In this document: positions 1-7,855 of the stretch, in pieces
Numbering within the stretch: position 1 is the first letter of the stretch
Layout of the letters: every line of letters begins with the position of its first letter
The notes under the pieces: model-generated
Told to the model about the DNA's origin: nothing
What the model saw: the letters and a program-made list of their open reading frames with translations, nothing else
Database searches by the model: none
Origin: Verrucomicrobiota bacterium
GTDB taxonomy: Bacteria; Verrucomicrobiota; Verrucomicrobiia; Limisphaerales; BJHT01
Direction of reading: 5' to 3'
Assembly (NCBI GenBank): GCA_014193395.1
Contig: BJHT01000001.1
Span: 14,112 to 78,111, forward strand
Length of the DNA: 64,000 bases
Program-made: the position numbers and the translations under genes

Positions 1-45
1 GGCCGGGGCGGTAGGGCGGCGTGTTCAGTGAAGGGCTCATGGCGG

Positions 46-2901
46 CTACTTCTTCTGCTCGGCGTCGTAGGCTTTCCAAAATTCTTCCGGTGTGAGCCAG
101 CCTGCTTTACTCTGTTTAGTGATGCCCTTGTAGCTGAGGGCGCGCAGCTTCGGCAGGCGGCGCAGAACTTCCATGCCGGCGCAGCCGGGTGTCAGTGTCA
201 GTCCTTCCAAGTCGTGGCAGGTCGCGAGCGGGCTGAGGTCGGGTTGGCCGGTGTTGTAGATGTAGAGCTGACGTAATGGAAGGCGGGCGAGCGGGGTGAT
301 GTCCCTCAGCCGAGGGAGCGCGCCCGCATCAAGGTATTCAAGTGGCATGCCCACCAGCGCCGACAGGTTGGTTACGGAGGTGCGGGCGGTATCGAGCCAG
401 TGGAGCTTCAGCCCGCGCAAGGGTTCGAGGCTGCGGACGCCAGAGGAGTGGATGTCGAGTCTAAGAAGTGGCATCCCGACCAAGGGGGATAAATCCTTCA
501 CGCCCTTGCATCCGAATAGAACCAAGTTGGTTAGAGGCATCCGAGCCAGCGGTGACAAGTCCTTCACGTTCTGGCAGCCGGTCAAATCCAAGGTGGCCAG
601 TCGCATTCCCGCCAGTGGACTCAGGTCGTCCCCGCGCCAGGAGCTGAGGTCCAGAGAGACGAGCGGCATCCCCGCCAGCGAACGCAGGTCGCCTGCGAGA
701 CGGCACTCGCTCAGGTCGAGTTCGACTAGCGGCAAGCCCTTGAGCGCCTCGATGGAATCCAGCTTCGCACCGGTGATGCGAAGTCGTTCCAACGGCATCC
801 CCGCGAGCGGCGCAAGATCACGGATAGCTGCGGCATCACCAATGTGGAGGGTTCTAAGCGGCATCCCTTTAAGCACCTCGATGGCAGCCTCATTCTCACG
901 CAAGTGGGAAACGTGCAGGCCAAACGTAAGCCCTTGATAGACCTTCATCGTGGAGGTGCTGATTTTCGCTTCCTGTAATCGCGCAGTCCACGTCTCCACC
1001 AACTGCCGCTGCTCCGCGCCGAGGTAGCTGTCGAGATACTGCGCTTCGTCGAGGCGCTCTTGTTGGCGCAGGGTGGCGAGCAGATTGGTCAGCGTGTTAC
1101 CGCGCCATTCGCCGCGGCGCACCTGGGCGGCGAGGTGGTCGCAGAAGGCGAGGTTGGTCTGCGCGGCGGCGTTCGTCGGCGACACGCGCAGGGCGGCGGC
1201 GTAAGCGGCCCTGGCCTCGTCGAGGCGCATGAGGGTCTGGAGCACGTTGGCTTGCAGGAGGCGGAACTCGACTTCCTGCGGCATGAGGTCAATCGCGAAG
1301 CCGACTTTTTCCAGCGCGGGTTCCAGTTGCTGATCCTTCAGCAGCGCGAGGGCTTGCTCGTGGAAGGTCGGCGCGGTGTCGCGCAGGCGGGCAAGCGCGG
1401 CTTCGTCTTTTGCGCGGTCGGCGTTGGCGGCGGCTTCCTTCGCGAGCGCCTCCTGCTCGGCGGCCCGCGCGTGGCGTTCGCTGGCCATGACGCGGAGGAT
1501 GAAACCCGCGGTCAGCAGCACGATGAGCGCGGCGGTGCTGGCGAGGAGTTTGTGTCGCAGGATGAGAAGCTGAAGCTGCTTGAGCGCGCCGGCTTCCTCC
1601 GCGCTGGTGGCGAAGCCGTTTTGATACGCCGTGAGGTCGGCCTGCAAATACGCAACGCTCTGGTAGCGACGCGCGGGCTCCACTTGCATCGCCTTCATTG
1701 CCACGGCGGAGAGCGCCTCGGGCACGCGTCCGCCGGGGCATTGCGGGAGCGGGGCGGATTGACGCCGCGTCGGTGGGGTGATGCGGCCTGCGAGCACATT
1801 GCTCAAAACTTCGCTGACATCCTTGCCCGCCACCGGCTTCTCCAGAGTCAGGATCATGTAGAGCACGCCGCCGAGGGCGAAGACATCGGAGCGGGCGTCG
1901 ATTTCGTTCACGGCACCCCGGGCCTGCTCCGGGGCCATGAAATGTGGCGTGCCCATCACGGAGCCTTCCATCGTCACGGAACTGGTGTTGGTGGCGGAGA
2001 GTGGTGTCGGCGTGGCTGTGGCGTTGGAAACAAGCGTTGCCTCCTCGTCGGGTGTGGCTCCAGTTCCCGGAGCGCGGGCGTCCTCGCCCGCAGCAGCACC
2101 GGCCGCGCGAGGGAGCCTCGAACTATCCAACGCGTCCGCCGCCTCGTTGCTGCTGCGGCCCAGAGGGCCGCGCTCCGGGGCGGGACCGTCCGCCTCGTCA
2201 CCTCGCCGGCTACCGGGTGGAACCCACGTCACCGTTTCCGCTGACGGATCGACGGCCGGCGTGGGCCGCGCGGGCGCGACTGCCTCGGTCACGACCACGG
2301 CGCTGGAGGCCTGGCTGTCGGGTAGAATTTTTGCGAGGCCCCAGTCCATCACCAGCACCTCGCCGAATTCGCCGACCATGATGTTGTCGGGCTTCAGGTC
2401 GCGATGGATCACGCCGCGCGCGTGGGCGAAGGCCATGGCGTCGCAGATTTTTTGAAAAATGGTGAGCAGTTGGGCGAGCGGGTATTTCGCCACGGTCTCG
2501 CGGTCGCCGGCCTTCAGCGCATCCAGCACGGCGCGGAGCGTGACGCCCTTGACGAGCTTCATCGTGTAGAAGAGCCGTCCCTGCGCGTCCACGCCGAGGT
2601 CATGCACGGGCACGATGTTCGGATGTGCAAGCTGCCCGAGCACGCGGGCCTCCTGGAGAAAGCGACGGCGGCCTTCCTCGTTCGTGCCGCGCAACATCAC
2701 CTTCATGGCCACGGCGCGCTGGAATTTTTCGTCCTGCGTGTCGAGCACCGCGCCCATGCCGCCGCGGGCGATTTCGCGGCCGGGGCGGTAGTTGGCGTCC
2801 GCCGCCGCCGCCGCCGCGTGCGGCGCGCGCGTCGCCGGAGCGCCACCGGGCGCTGGTTGCGCGACATTTGGCGGAGACGGGTTGTCGGACGATTCGGCCA
2901 T
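46..2901 (-). CDS. Membrane-anchored Ser/Thr protein kinase with TPR-like and leucine-rich-repeat C-terminal domains
   Basis: ORF 46..3024. Hanks kinase motifs are present: AMK (VAIK-like), HRDLKPDN, DWG (DFG-like) and APE. One TM helix (LLASTAALIVLLTAGFIL) is followed by a coiled coil and TPR-like helices. At least 10 LRR units repeat the pattern L..L.GMPL..LDL. Start placed at MAESSDNP (2901) because the codons upstream lie in a dispersed repeat. Confidence 0.85.
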   Translation of the reverse strand: MAESSDNPSPPNVAQPAPGGAPATRAPHAAAAAADANYRPGREIARGGMGAVLDTQDEKFQRAVAMKVMLRGTNEEGRRRFLQEARVLGQLAHPNIVPVHDLGVDAQGRLFYTMKLVKGVTLRAVLDALKAGDRETVAKYPLAQLLTIFQKICDAMAFAHARGVIHRDLKPDNIMVGEFGEVLVMDWGLAKILPDSQASSAVVVTEAVAPARPTPAVDPSAETVTWVPPGSRRGDEADGPAPERGPLGRSSNEAADALDSSRLPRAAGAAAGEDARAPGTGATPDEEATLVSNATATPTPLSATNTSSVTMEGSVMGTPHFMAPEQARGAVNEIDARSDVFALGGVLYMILTLEKPVAGKDVSEVLSNVLAGRITPPTRRQSAPLPQCPGGRVPEALSAVAMKAMQVEPARRYQSVAYLQADLTAYQNGFATSAEEAGALKQLQLLILRHKLLASTAALIVLLTAGFILRVMASERHARAAEQEALAKEAAANADRAKDEAALARLRDTAPTFHEQALALLKDQQLEPALEKVGFAIDLMPQEVEFRLLQANVLQTLMRLDEARAAYAAALRVSPTNAAAQTNLAFCDHLAAQVRRGEWRGNTLTNLLATLRQQERLDEAQYLDSYLGAEQRQLVETWTARLQEAKISTSTMKVYQGLTFGLHVSHLRENEAAIEVLKGMPLRTLHIGDAAAIRDLAPLAGMPLERLRITGAKLDSIEALKGLPLVELDLSECRLAGDLRSLAGMPLVSLDLSSWRGDDLSPLAGMRLATLDLTGCQNVKDLSPLARMPLTNLVLFGCKGVKDLSPLVGMPLLRLDIHSSGVRSLEPLRGLKLHWLDTARTSVTNLSALVGMPLEYLDAGALPRLRDITPLARLPLRQLYIYNTGQPDLSPLATCHDLEGLTLTPGCAGMEVLRRLPKLRALSYKGITKQSKAGWLTPEEFWKAYDAEQKK

Positions 2902-2946
2902 GAGAGGGCCAAACCATCGCGAGCGGCGGAAAAGTAGGCGAGCCGA

Positions 2947-3030
2947 TTTTGGAGTGCGGTAACTCGTCACCGCTTTTGCGCAGGCGCTTGGTCGCCCGTC
3001 GATCCTCCTTGCGGCTCCGATCACGCGGCC
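2947..3030. repeat. Partial (half) copy of the ~190-bp 'GGAGTGCGGTGAC..GTCACCGC' inverted-repeat element family
   Basis: TTTTGGAGTGCGGTAACTCGTCACCGCTTTTGCGCAGGCGCTTGGTCGCCCGTCGA aligns with the left half of the full copies at 7424..7616 and 44664..44858. Confidence 0.8.
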
Positions 3031-3062
3031 GGAGAAACCAGCCGCCCCGGGATGCGCCGCGC

Positions 3063-4061
3063 CTACTGCGCCTTCACCGGCGCGTTGGTCGCCGCGGGCG
3101 GATTGGTGGAAATTCCGGTCGCCTTCACCGGCCCGTGGTCATGCCCGTGGTGGTCGTGTTCGCTGTGCGGTTTGGGCGCGTGATCGTGGCCCGTGGTTTC
3201 AAATTCCCCGATCACCTTGGCCACGATCAGACCCGCGACCAACGCCGCCGAGAGCTTGCCCCGGTCGTGCGAATGAAACTGCAGTTCCGGCAGCAAATCG
3301 CTCGCGGCGATGCACAGGAACGTCCCCGCCGCGAACGCGAGCGCCGCGCCAAGGAAGCCGTGCATTTCCTCCGAATACTGGCTCGCGCCCAAATGAAACA
3401 GCACCACGCCCAGCGGAATCGCCACGGCGAACAGCGCATTGACGATGTGCCGTGACGCCTTGGACCAGCCGCCCTTCGTCATCAACGTCGCGATCGCCAG
3501 CGCATCGAAGGGCTTGTGCAGGATCACCACCAGGAACGTCCCGAAGCCCAGCAGCAGGCCCTCGTGCCCGGCGTGCGCCTCCACCTGCACGCTCGCCGCC
3601 AGCGCGATGCCGTCGATCAGCGTGTGCAGCGTCAGCCCGAACGCCACGCCGCCCCACGACAAATTCTTCGCCGACTGCGTGGCCAGCGAATGCTCGTCGC
3701 TGTGCGCGTGATCGTGGTCGTGCGAATGATCGTGCAGCGTGCAGGCCGCCGCCGCGGCCGAGGCGTCGGGGTCGCCCTCGGGCACATCGTGATGATGAAA
3801 ATGGAAGAACCGCTGGACGAAGAACATCAGCAGGAACCCGCCCAGCAGCCAGTTGACCGTGCGATCCATCGAGCGCAGTTCGCTGAACGCGTGCGGCAGC
3901 AGATGGAGCACGCCGACCCCGAGCATCAGCCCCGACACAAAGCTCGTCGCCACCTGCATCCGCGTGTGCGTCAGCCGCACCACCATCGGAATCCAGCCGC
4001 CCGACAACGAGGCGACGAGAATCAGGGCGCAATAAACGATGAGTGTGACGATGGGTGACAT
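3063..4061 (-). CDS. ZIP family divalent-metal (zinc/iron) transporter
   Basis: Multi-TM protein with a His-rich cytoplasmic loop (HDHSHDHDHAHSDEH). ZIP-type helix motifs LHTLIDGIALA and ILHKPFDALAIA are present. The C-terminal tail is His-rich (HSEHDHHGHDHG). Confidence 0.85.
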   Translation of the reverse strand: MSPIVTLIVYCALILVASLSGGWIPMVVRLTHTRMQVATSFVSGLMLGVGVLHLLPHAFSELRSMDRTVNWLLGGFLLMFFVQRFFHFHHHDVPEGDPDASAAAAACTLHDHSHDHDHAHSDEHSLATQSAKNLSWGGVAFGLTLHTLIDGIALAASVQVEAHAGHEGLLLGFGTFLVVILHKPFDALAIATLMTKGGWSKASRHIVNALFAVAIPLGVVLFHLGASQYSEEMHGFLGAALAFAAGTFLCIAASDLLPELQFHSHDRGKLSAALVAGLIVAKVIGEFETTGHDHAPKPHSEHDHHGHDHGPVKATGISTNPPAATNAPVKAQ

Positions 4062-4103
4062 TTCAACGGGCTTCTGGAACCGCGGGTGACTGTACGAGGC
4101 GGC

Positions 4104-4295
4104 GGGGAGGGGGGGAAGTAATTAGTAATTAGTGATTAGTAATTAGTGATTAGTCGGGGAAGTCGCGGCCAGGGCCGTGTGTGCGTTTCAGTCAACGAGG
4201 AGCCGTGCATCAATTGATTCCGCGCGAGTAAAACCCGCCGCGCCCTCCCCCCACTAATTACTAATCACTAATTACTAATTACTTTCCCCTCCCCG
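4104..4295. repeat. Large inverted repeat with AT-rich TAATTAG/TGATTAG heptamer arms (~45 bp arms, ~100 bp loop)
   Basis: The left arm is CGGGGAGGGGGGGAAGTAATTAGTAATTAGTGATTAGTAATTAGTGATTAGT. The right arm at 4252..4295 is its reverse complement. The element lies between the stop of 4299..7049 and the start of the ZIP gene. Confidence 0.9.
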
Positions 4296-4298
4296 CCC

Positions 4299-7049
4299 TC
4301 AGACCATCCCCGCGCGCTTGCGCACGATCCACTCAAGCGTGAGCAGCAGCGCGATGGGGACGAACCACCAGTAGCTCTGCCACAGCACGGTTTCGGTCTC
4401 GATCACGCGGCCGTCGCTGAGCGGCTTCAGCAGGTCGGCGAGGGCCGCGGTTTCTTCTTCGCGAAAATAGGTGCCGCCGGAATGGAAGGCCATCTGGCGC
4501 AGCAATCGTTCGTCGCAGTTCAGCGCGCCGAGTTCGCCGCCGGTCTGCGCCGCCACGGTGAACTGCGTGCGCGCCTTCATCTCGGCCTCAAGCAACCCCT
4601 CGACCCTGACCCGGATTTCGTACTGGCCGGGCGTCAGCGGCATGGTGCGCACGCGGTAGGTGCCGCCGTTGCTGTCGTCCGCCGCCAGCGGCAGTTCGCC
4701 CATCTTCTGGCCGTCGCGGAAAATGAGTGCCACGGCCTTGGCTTGGAGCATGGATTTGCCCTCCTCGTCGCGCACACGGACGCGAATCTCGGCCGTCTCG
4801 CCGGGCTGATACGCGGGCGGGCCGGAGTCGAGCGAGACGAATTTGTCCTGCACGGGGAATGGCGCTTCCATCATCCACTTCGAGACCTGGTTCCAAAATC
4901 GCGTGTGGTACAGGTCGCCGACGTTGTAACGCCAGCGCCACGATTCATCGGAGCCGGCATACAACACGCGGCCCGCGCCGAAGCGGCGATACACCAGCGC
5001 CGGCACGCTGCGCTCGCCAAGCACCGCCTCGAGCAGCACCTCGGTCGCGGGCAATGCCAACGCGGGCGCGACGCGTTGCGGGCCGGGCAGCACGCCCCAG
5101 ATTTCGCTGTTCTGCTGCGCGCCGGCCACGAGCGACAGCGGTGCCTGCGCGGACCCGACGGCCTTGAAGCGCCACCGGACGGCGGTGCCCTCGAGCGGCT
5201 GGCCTTTCCAGGTCACCGGAAACAACGGCGCCAGCTCGCTCTCCGCGTAGCTCGAGAGCTGCTCCTGCCGGCCGTCGATAAAGATGATCCCGCCGCCGCG
5301 GCGCTCGACGAACTCGCGCATCCAGTCCAGCTCGGGGCCGCGAATCTGCCCCGGCGGCACGTCGCCGAACACGATCAGGTGATACGAAAAGAGCGCCTCG
5401 CGATTGTTGGGAAATTGTCCGGGCCGCGGGCCGCGCGACCACGGCCGCGCTTCGCCGCCCCCGCCGGCGAGCAGGGCGTTGACCTCCCAGCGTTCGTCGC
5501 GCTCGAAGAGGTTGCGCAGATAGCGGAACTCCCAGCGTGGCCGGCCGTCGAGCAGCAGCACCTTCGGCTTCTGCGTCATCGCGTTCAGGCGGAAAACGCG
5601 GGTGTTGTTGTTCGTGTTCTTTTCGCCCGGCAGCACGGGCACGGACACGTCGAGCGCGAGGCCGAGGCTGGCGTATTGCAGGTCGCGATCCTTCGCCTTC
5701 ATCTCGGCCTCCACGAACTCCTTGATGGAAAAATCAAACGGCACCGAGCGTTGCGAGCGCTGTTCGGTGGTGAGCGATTTTTCCCACAGCGTCTTGCCGC
5801 CCGCGGCGATGCGCAGGGTGAAAGGTTCGCCCGGCGGCATGTCGTCGCGCAGCATCACCTCGCCGCGCAACTGCGCGTCGGCGGGCACGGTGTCGGGCGC
5901 TTTCACGTCGAGCACGGCCAGGTCGCGCGGCGGCTGCGTCGCGCCCACGCCGACGGTGTGCAGCGGAATGCCGCGCTGGCCGAGCATCTTGGCCACCTCA
6001 AGCGGCGACGAACCCGTGTTGTGCTGGCCGTCGGAGAAGAGCACCACGGCGATGCGCTGCTTGGTGTTGCCCTGCTCGACGACCTCCGCGACCGGGCCGC
6101 CGAGATCGGTGGTGGCGTTGGTCGCGGCGTAATTCGGAAACGCCGTGAGGGCCTTGTTGCCGGCCGGGTCCGCCTTGCCACCGCCGGGCCACCAAAGCAT
6201 CTGGCTCTTGCTGCCGGTGAGCGCCTGCAGCTCGACGTTGTGCTGCGCTGCCAGCCGCCCGAGCAGCGGCTCCTTGCCCTGCAACAACAGCGTCTCCAGC
6301 CGCTGCCAGCGCCGCGATTTGTCGAACTTCTCGACCACGGTGACCATCTTGGCGTCCTCGGCGGGGAATGATTTTCCGAGCAGCGCAGTGAAGGCGGCGT
6401 TCACCTCGCGCTCCCATTCGGCGGCGAGGCGCGCGAGCGTGGCCAGTTCGGTCTGGGCTTTGCGCACGTTGGCGGCGCGCGTGGCGGCGAGGCGCGTCGC
6501 GGGCTGAAGCAGGTCGGTGCGGAAGGTCTCGAGCTTTTCCTTCGCCTCGGGCCACGTGGCGGCGGGGATTTTTTCCCACGCCACGAGGGTCTCGCGCAGG
6601 GCGTCGCGGAATTCATCCACCGCCGTCCGCGCGTCGCCGAGCTGCGCGGCGGTCGCGATGTTCTGCGCGCGCGCCAGGCCGGCGGCGACGGGCTTGAGCG
6701 AGACATCGAAATTGCCCGCGGGCAGCCAGCCGAGCGATTGGGCGCAGAGCATCTTGCGCGGCAGGTCCATTTGTTCGTCGGTGACATCCATGCTGCCCGA
6801 GCCGTCCACGAGCAGGATGATGCGCGCCAGTTCGCCGACGGTCTGGCGATGATGCAGCACCGGACCGGTGAGGGTCAGCACGACCACGAGCACGGTGAAC
6901 GCGCGCAGACCCGGCAGAAACCAGCGGAGAAAACCGCGGCGGTCGCGCAGCTCGCGCGAGTACAGGAGCCACGCGACGACCGCCAGCGCCAGCCCGAGCG
7001 CCAGCCCCGTCGCCAACTTCCAGTCACCGATGAAATGCAGTTCCGTCAA
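4299..7049 (-). CDS. Large membrane protein with vWA (MIDAS) domain and glutamine-amidotransferase-like/DUF4159-like C-terminal region (Bat-cluster associated)
   Basis: 916-aa ORF with two N-terminal TM helices. MIDAS-like LLVDGSGSMD and VLFSDGQHNTG..VGVG motifs are present. There is a C-terminal TM helix. It is on the same strand as the DUF58 and BatA genes upstream. Confidence 0.75.
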   Translation of the reverse strand: MTELHFIGDWKLATGLALGLALAVVAWLLYSRELRDRRGFLRWFLPGLRAFTVLVVVLTLTGPVLHHRQTVGELARIILLVDGSGSMDVTDEQMDLPRKMLCAQSLGWLPAGNFDVSLKPVAAGLARAQNIATAAQLGDARTAVDEFRDALRETLVAWEKIPAATWPEAKEKLETFRTDLLQPATRLAATRAANVRKAQTELATLARLAAEWEREVNAAFTALLGKSFPAEDAKMVTVVEKFDKSRRWQRLETLLLQGKEPLLGRLAAQHNVELQALTGSKSQMLWWPGGGKADPAGNKALTAFPNYAATNATTDLGGPVAEVVEQGNTKQRIAVVLFSDGQHNTGSSPLEVAKMLGQRGIPLHTVGVGATQPPRDLAVLDVKAPDTVPADAQLRGEVMLRDDMPPGEPFTLRIAAGGKTLWEKSLTTEQRSQRSVPFDFSIKEFVEAEMKAKDRDLQYASLGLALDVSVPVLPGEKNTNNNTRVFRLNAMTQKPKVLLLDGRPRWEFRYLRNLFERDERWEVNALLAGGGGEARPWSRGPRPGQFPNNREALFSYHLIVFGDVPPGQIRGPELDWMREFVERRGGGIIFIDGRQEQLSSYAESELAPLFPVTWKGQPLEGTAVRWRFKAVGSAQAPLSLVAGAQQNSEIWGVLPGPQRVAPALALPATEVLLEAVLGERSVPALVYRRFGAGRVLYAGSDESWRWRYNVGDLYHTRFWNQVSKWMMEAPFPVQDKFVSLDSGPPAYQPGETAEIRVRVRDEEGKSMLQAKAVALIFRDGQKMGELPLAADDSNGGTYRVRTMPLTPGQYEIRVRVEGLLEAEMKARTQFTVAAQTGGELGALNCDERLLRQMAFHSGGTYFREEETAALADLLKPLSDGRVIETETVLWQSYWWFVPIALLLTLEWIVRKRAGMV

Positions 7050-7151
7050 AACACGCGGACCCGCGTTGGCGCGTGAAGTGCCAGGGGCGGAATCCGCGGC
7101 GGAGCCTAGCGGGACACGCGCGCGAGTCGCAGTGTAAAATTTGCGGGGGCG

Positions 7152-7377
7152 GAATGGCCGCGAGAGAACGCAAAGAACGCAAAGAGGGGAGGGGGGGTAA
7201 TTTTGCGAGGGAGAAGTCTTGGTCTTTTTCTCTCTGCGTTTCTTCCGATCTCTGCGGTGTTTTCAGGAAACGCTCCGATCACGGGGGCGTGCAGTGGAAC
7301 ACCGCAGAGACCGGAAGGAACGCAAAGAGGCGAAGGCGTAGCGGAAGCGGAGCGCGACCGGTCCCCGGTCGCAGCGG
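7152..7377. repeat. Composite repeat of 'GGAATGGCCGC-(ACGCAAAGA)n' hairpin modules plus a GCGACCGGTCCCCGGTCGC palindrome
   Basis: There is an internal inverted repeat between 7238..7270 and 7298..7330. The segment 7318..7377 is homologous to 43290..43359. The segment 7152..7190 resembles 43265..43301. Confidence 0.8.
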
Positions 7378-7423
7378 CAATGTCGGAGCCGGGGCGCCGG
7401 GAGTTTCTGTCGCGGAGCGACGG

Positions 7424-7616
7424 TTTTGGAGTGCGGTGACTTGTCACCGCTTTTGCGCAGGCGACTTGTCGCCGTCGAACTTTCGTGTGGCACCGGTCAC
7501 GCGGGCGCGCCGGCGCTGGCGCGAGCCGTGAACGCCCCAACCAGTTTTCACGCGTCCCGCAATTCGACGGCGACAAGTCGCCTTGAAAAAGCGGTGACAA
7601 GTCCCCGCACTCCACA
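7424..7616. repeat. Full copy of the ~190-bp inverted-repeat (MITE-like) element family 'GGAGTGCGGTGACTTGTCACCGC'
   Basis: The terminal inverted repeats are TTTGGAGTGCGGTGACTTGTCACCGCTTTT and AAAAGCGGTGACAAGTCCCCGCACTCCA. The core aligns with the reverse complement of 44664..44858. Confidence 0.9.
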
Positions 7617-7855
7617 GTCGCGCTCCTTCGATTGCAGCCCTCGGGCAATGGCAACCGCGAGTTGAAGTCCACCGCAACCGGAACCCGTTGTGCGCCGGAA
7701 AATCGCCTTTTGGGTTTGGAAAGAAACAGACGCGCTCCAGTTTCCAAGCGGCGCAATCGTTCCCATTTTTGCGGCGCCTTGCGCTCTTTGCGGGAATTCC
7801 CCAGCGCGCCACTGAACGTGTGGAGCCGTAGCGGCGCGCTGGGGACAGACGCGCC

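Noticed and set aside
4482-6371. Long antisense or alternate-frame ORFs. Examples are 4482..6371 +, 13030..14871 +, 17944..19908 -, 24826..26379 +, 29582..31141 -, 37030..38640 -, 37949..40105 +, 40460..42634 +, 46185..47987 +, 52375..53775 -, 58310..60007 +, 59353..60762 - and 61423..62880 -.
   Set aside because: These are shadow ORFs typical of high-G+C DNA. Their translations are Arg/Ala/Gly/Pro-rich with no motifs. In every case the opposite or other frame encodes a protein with clear family signatures.
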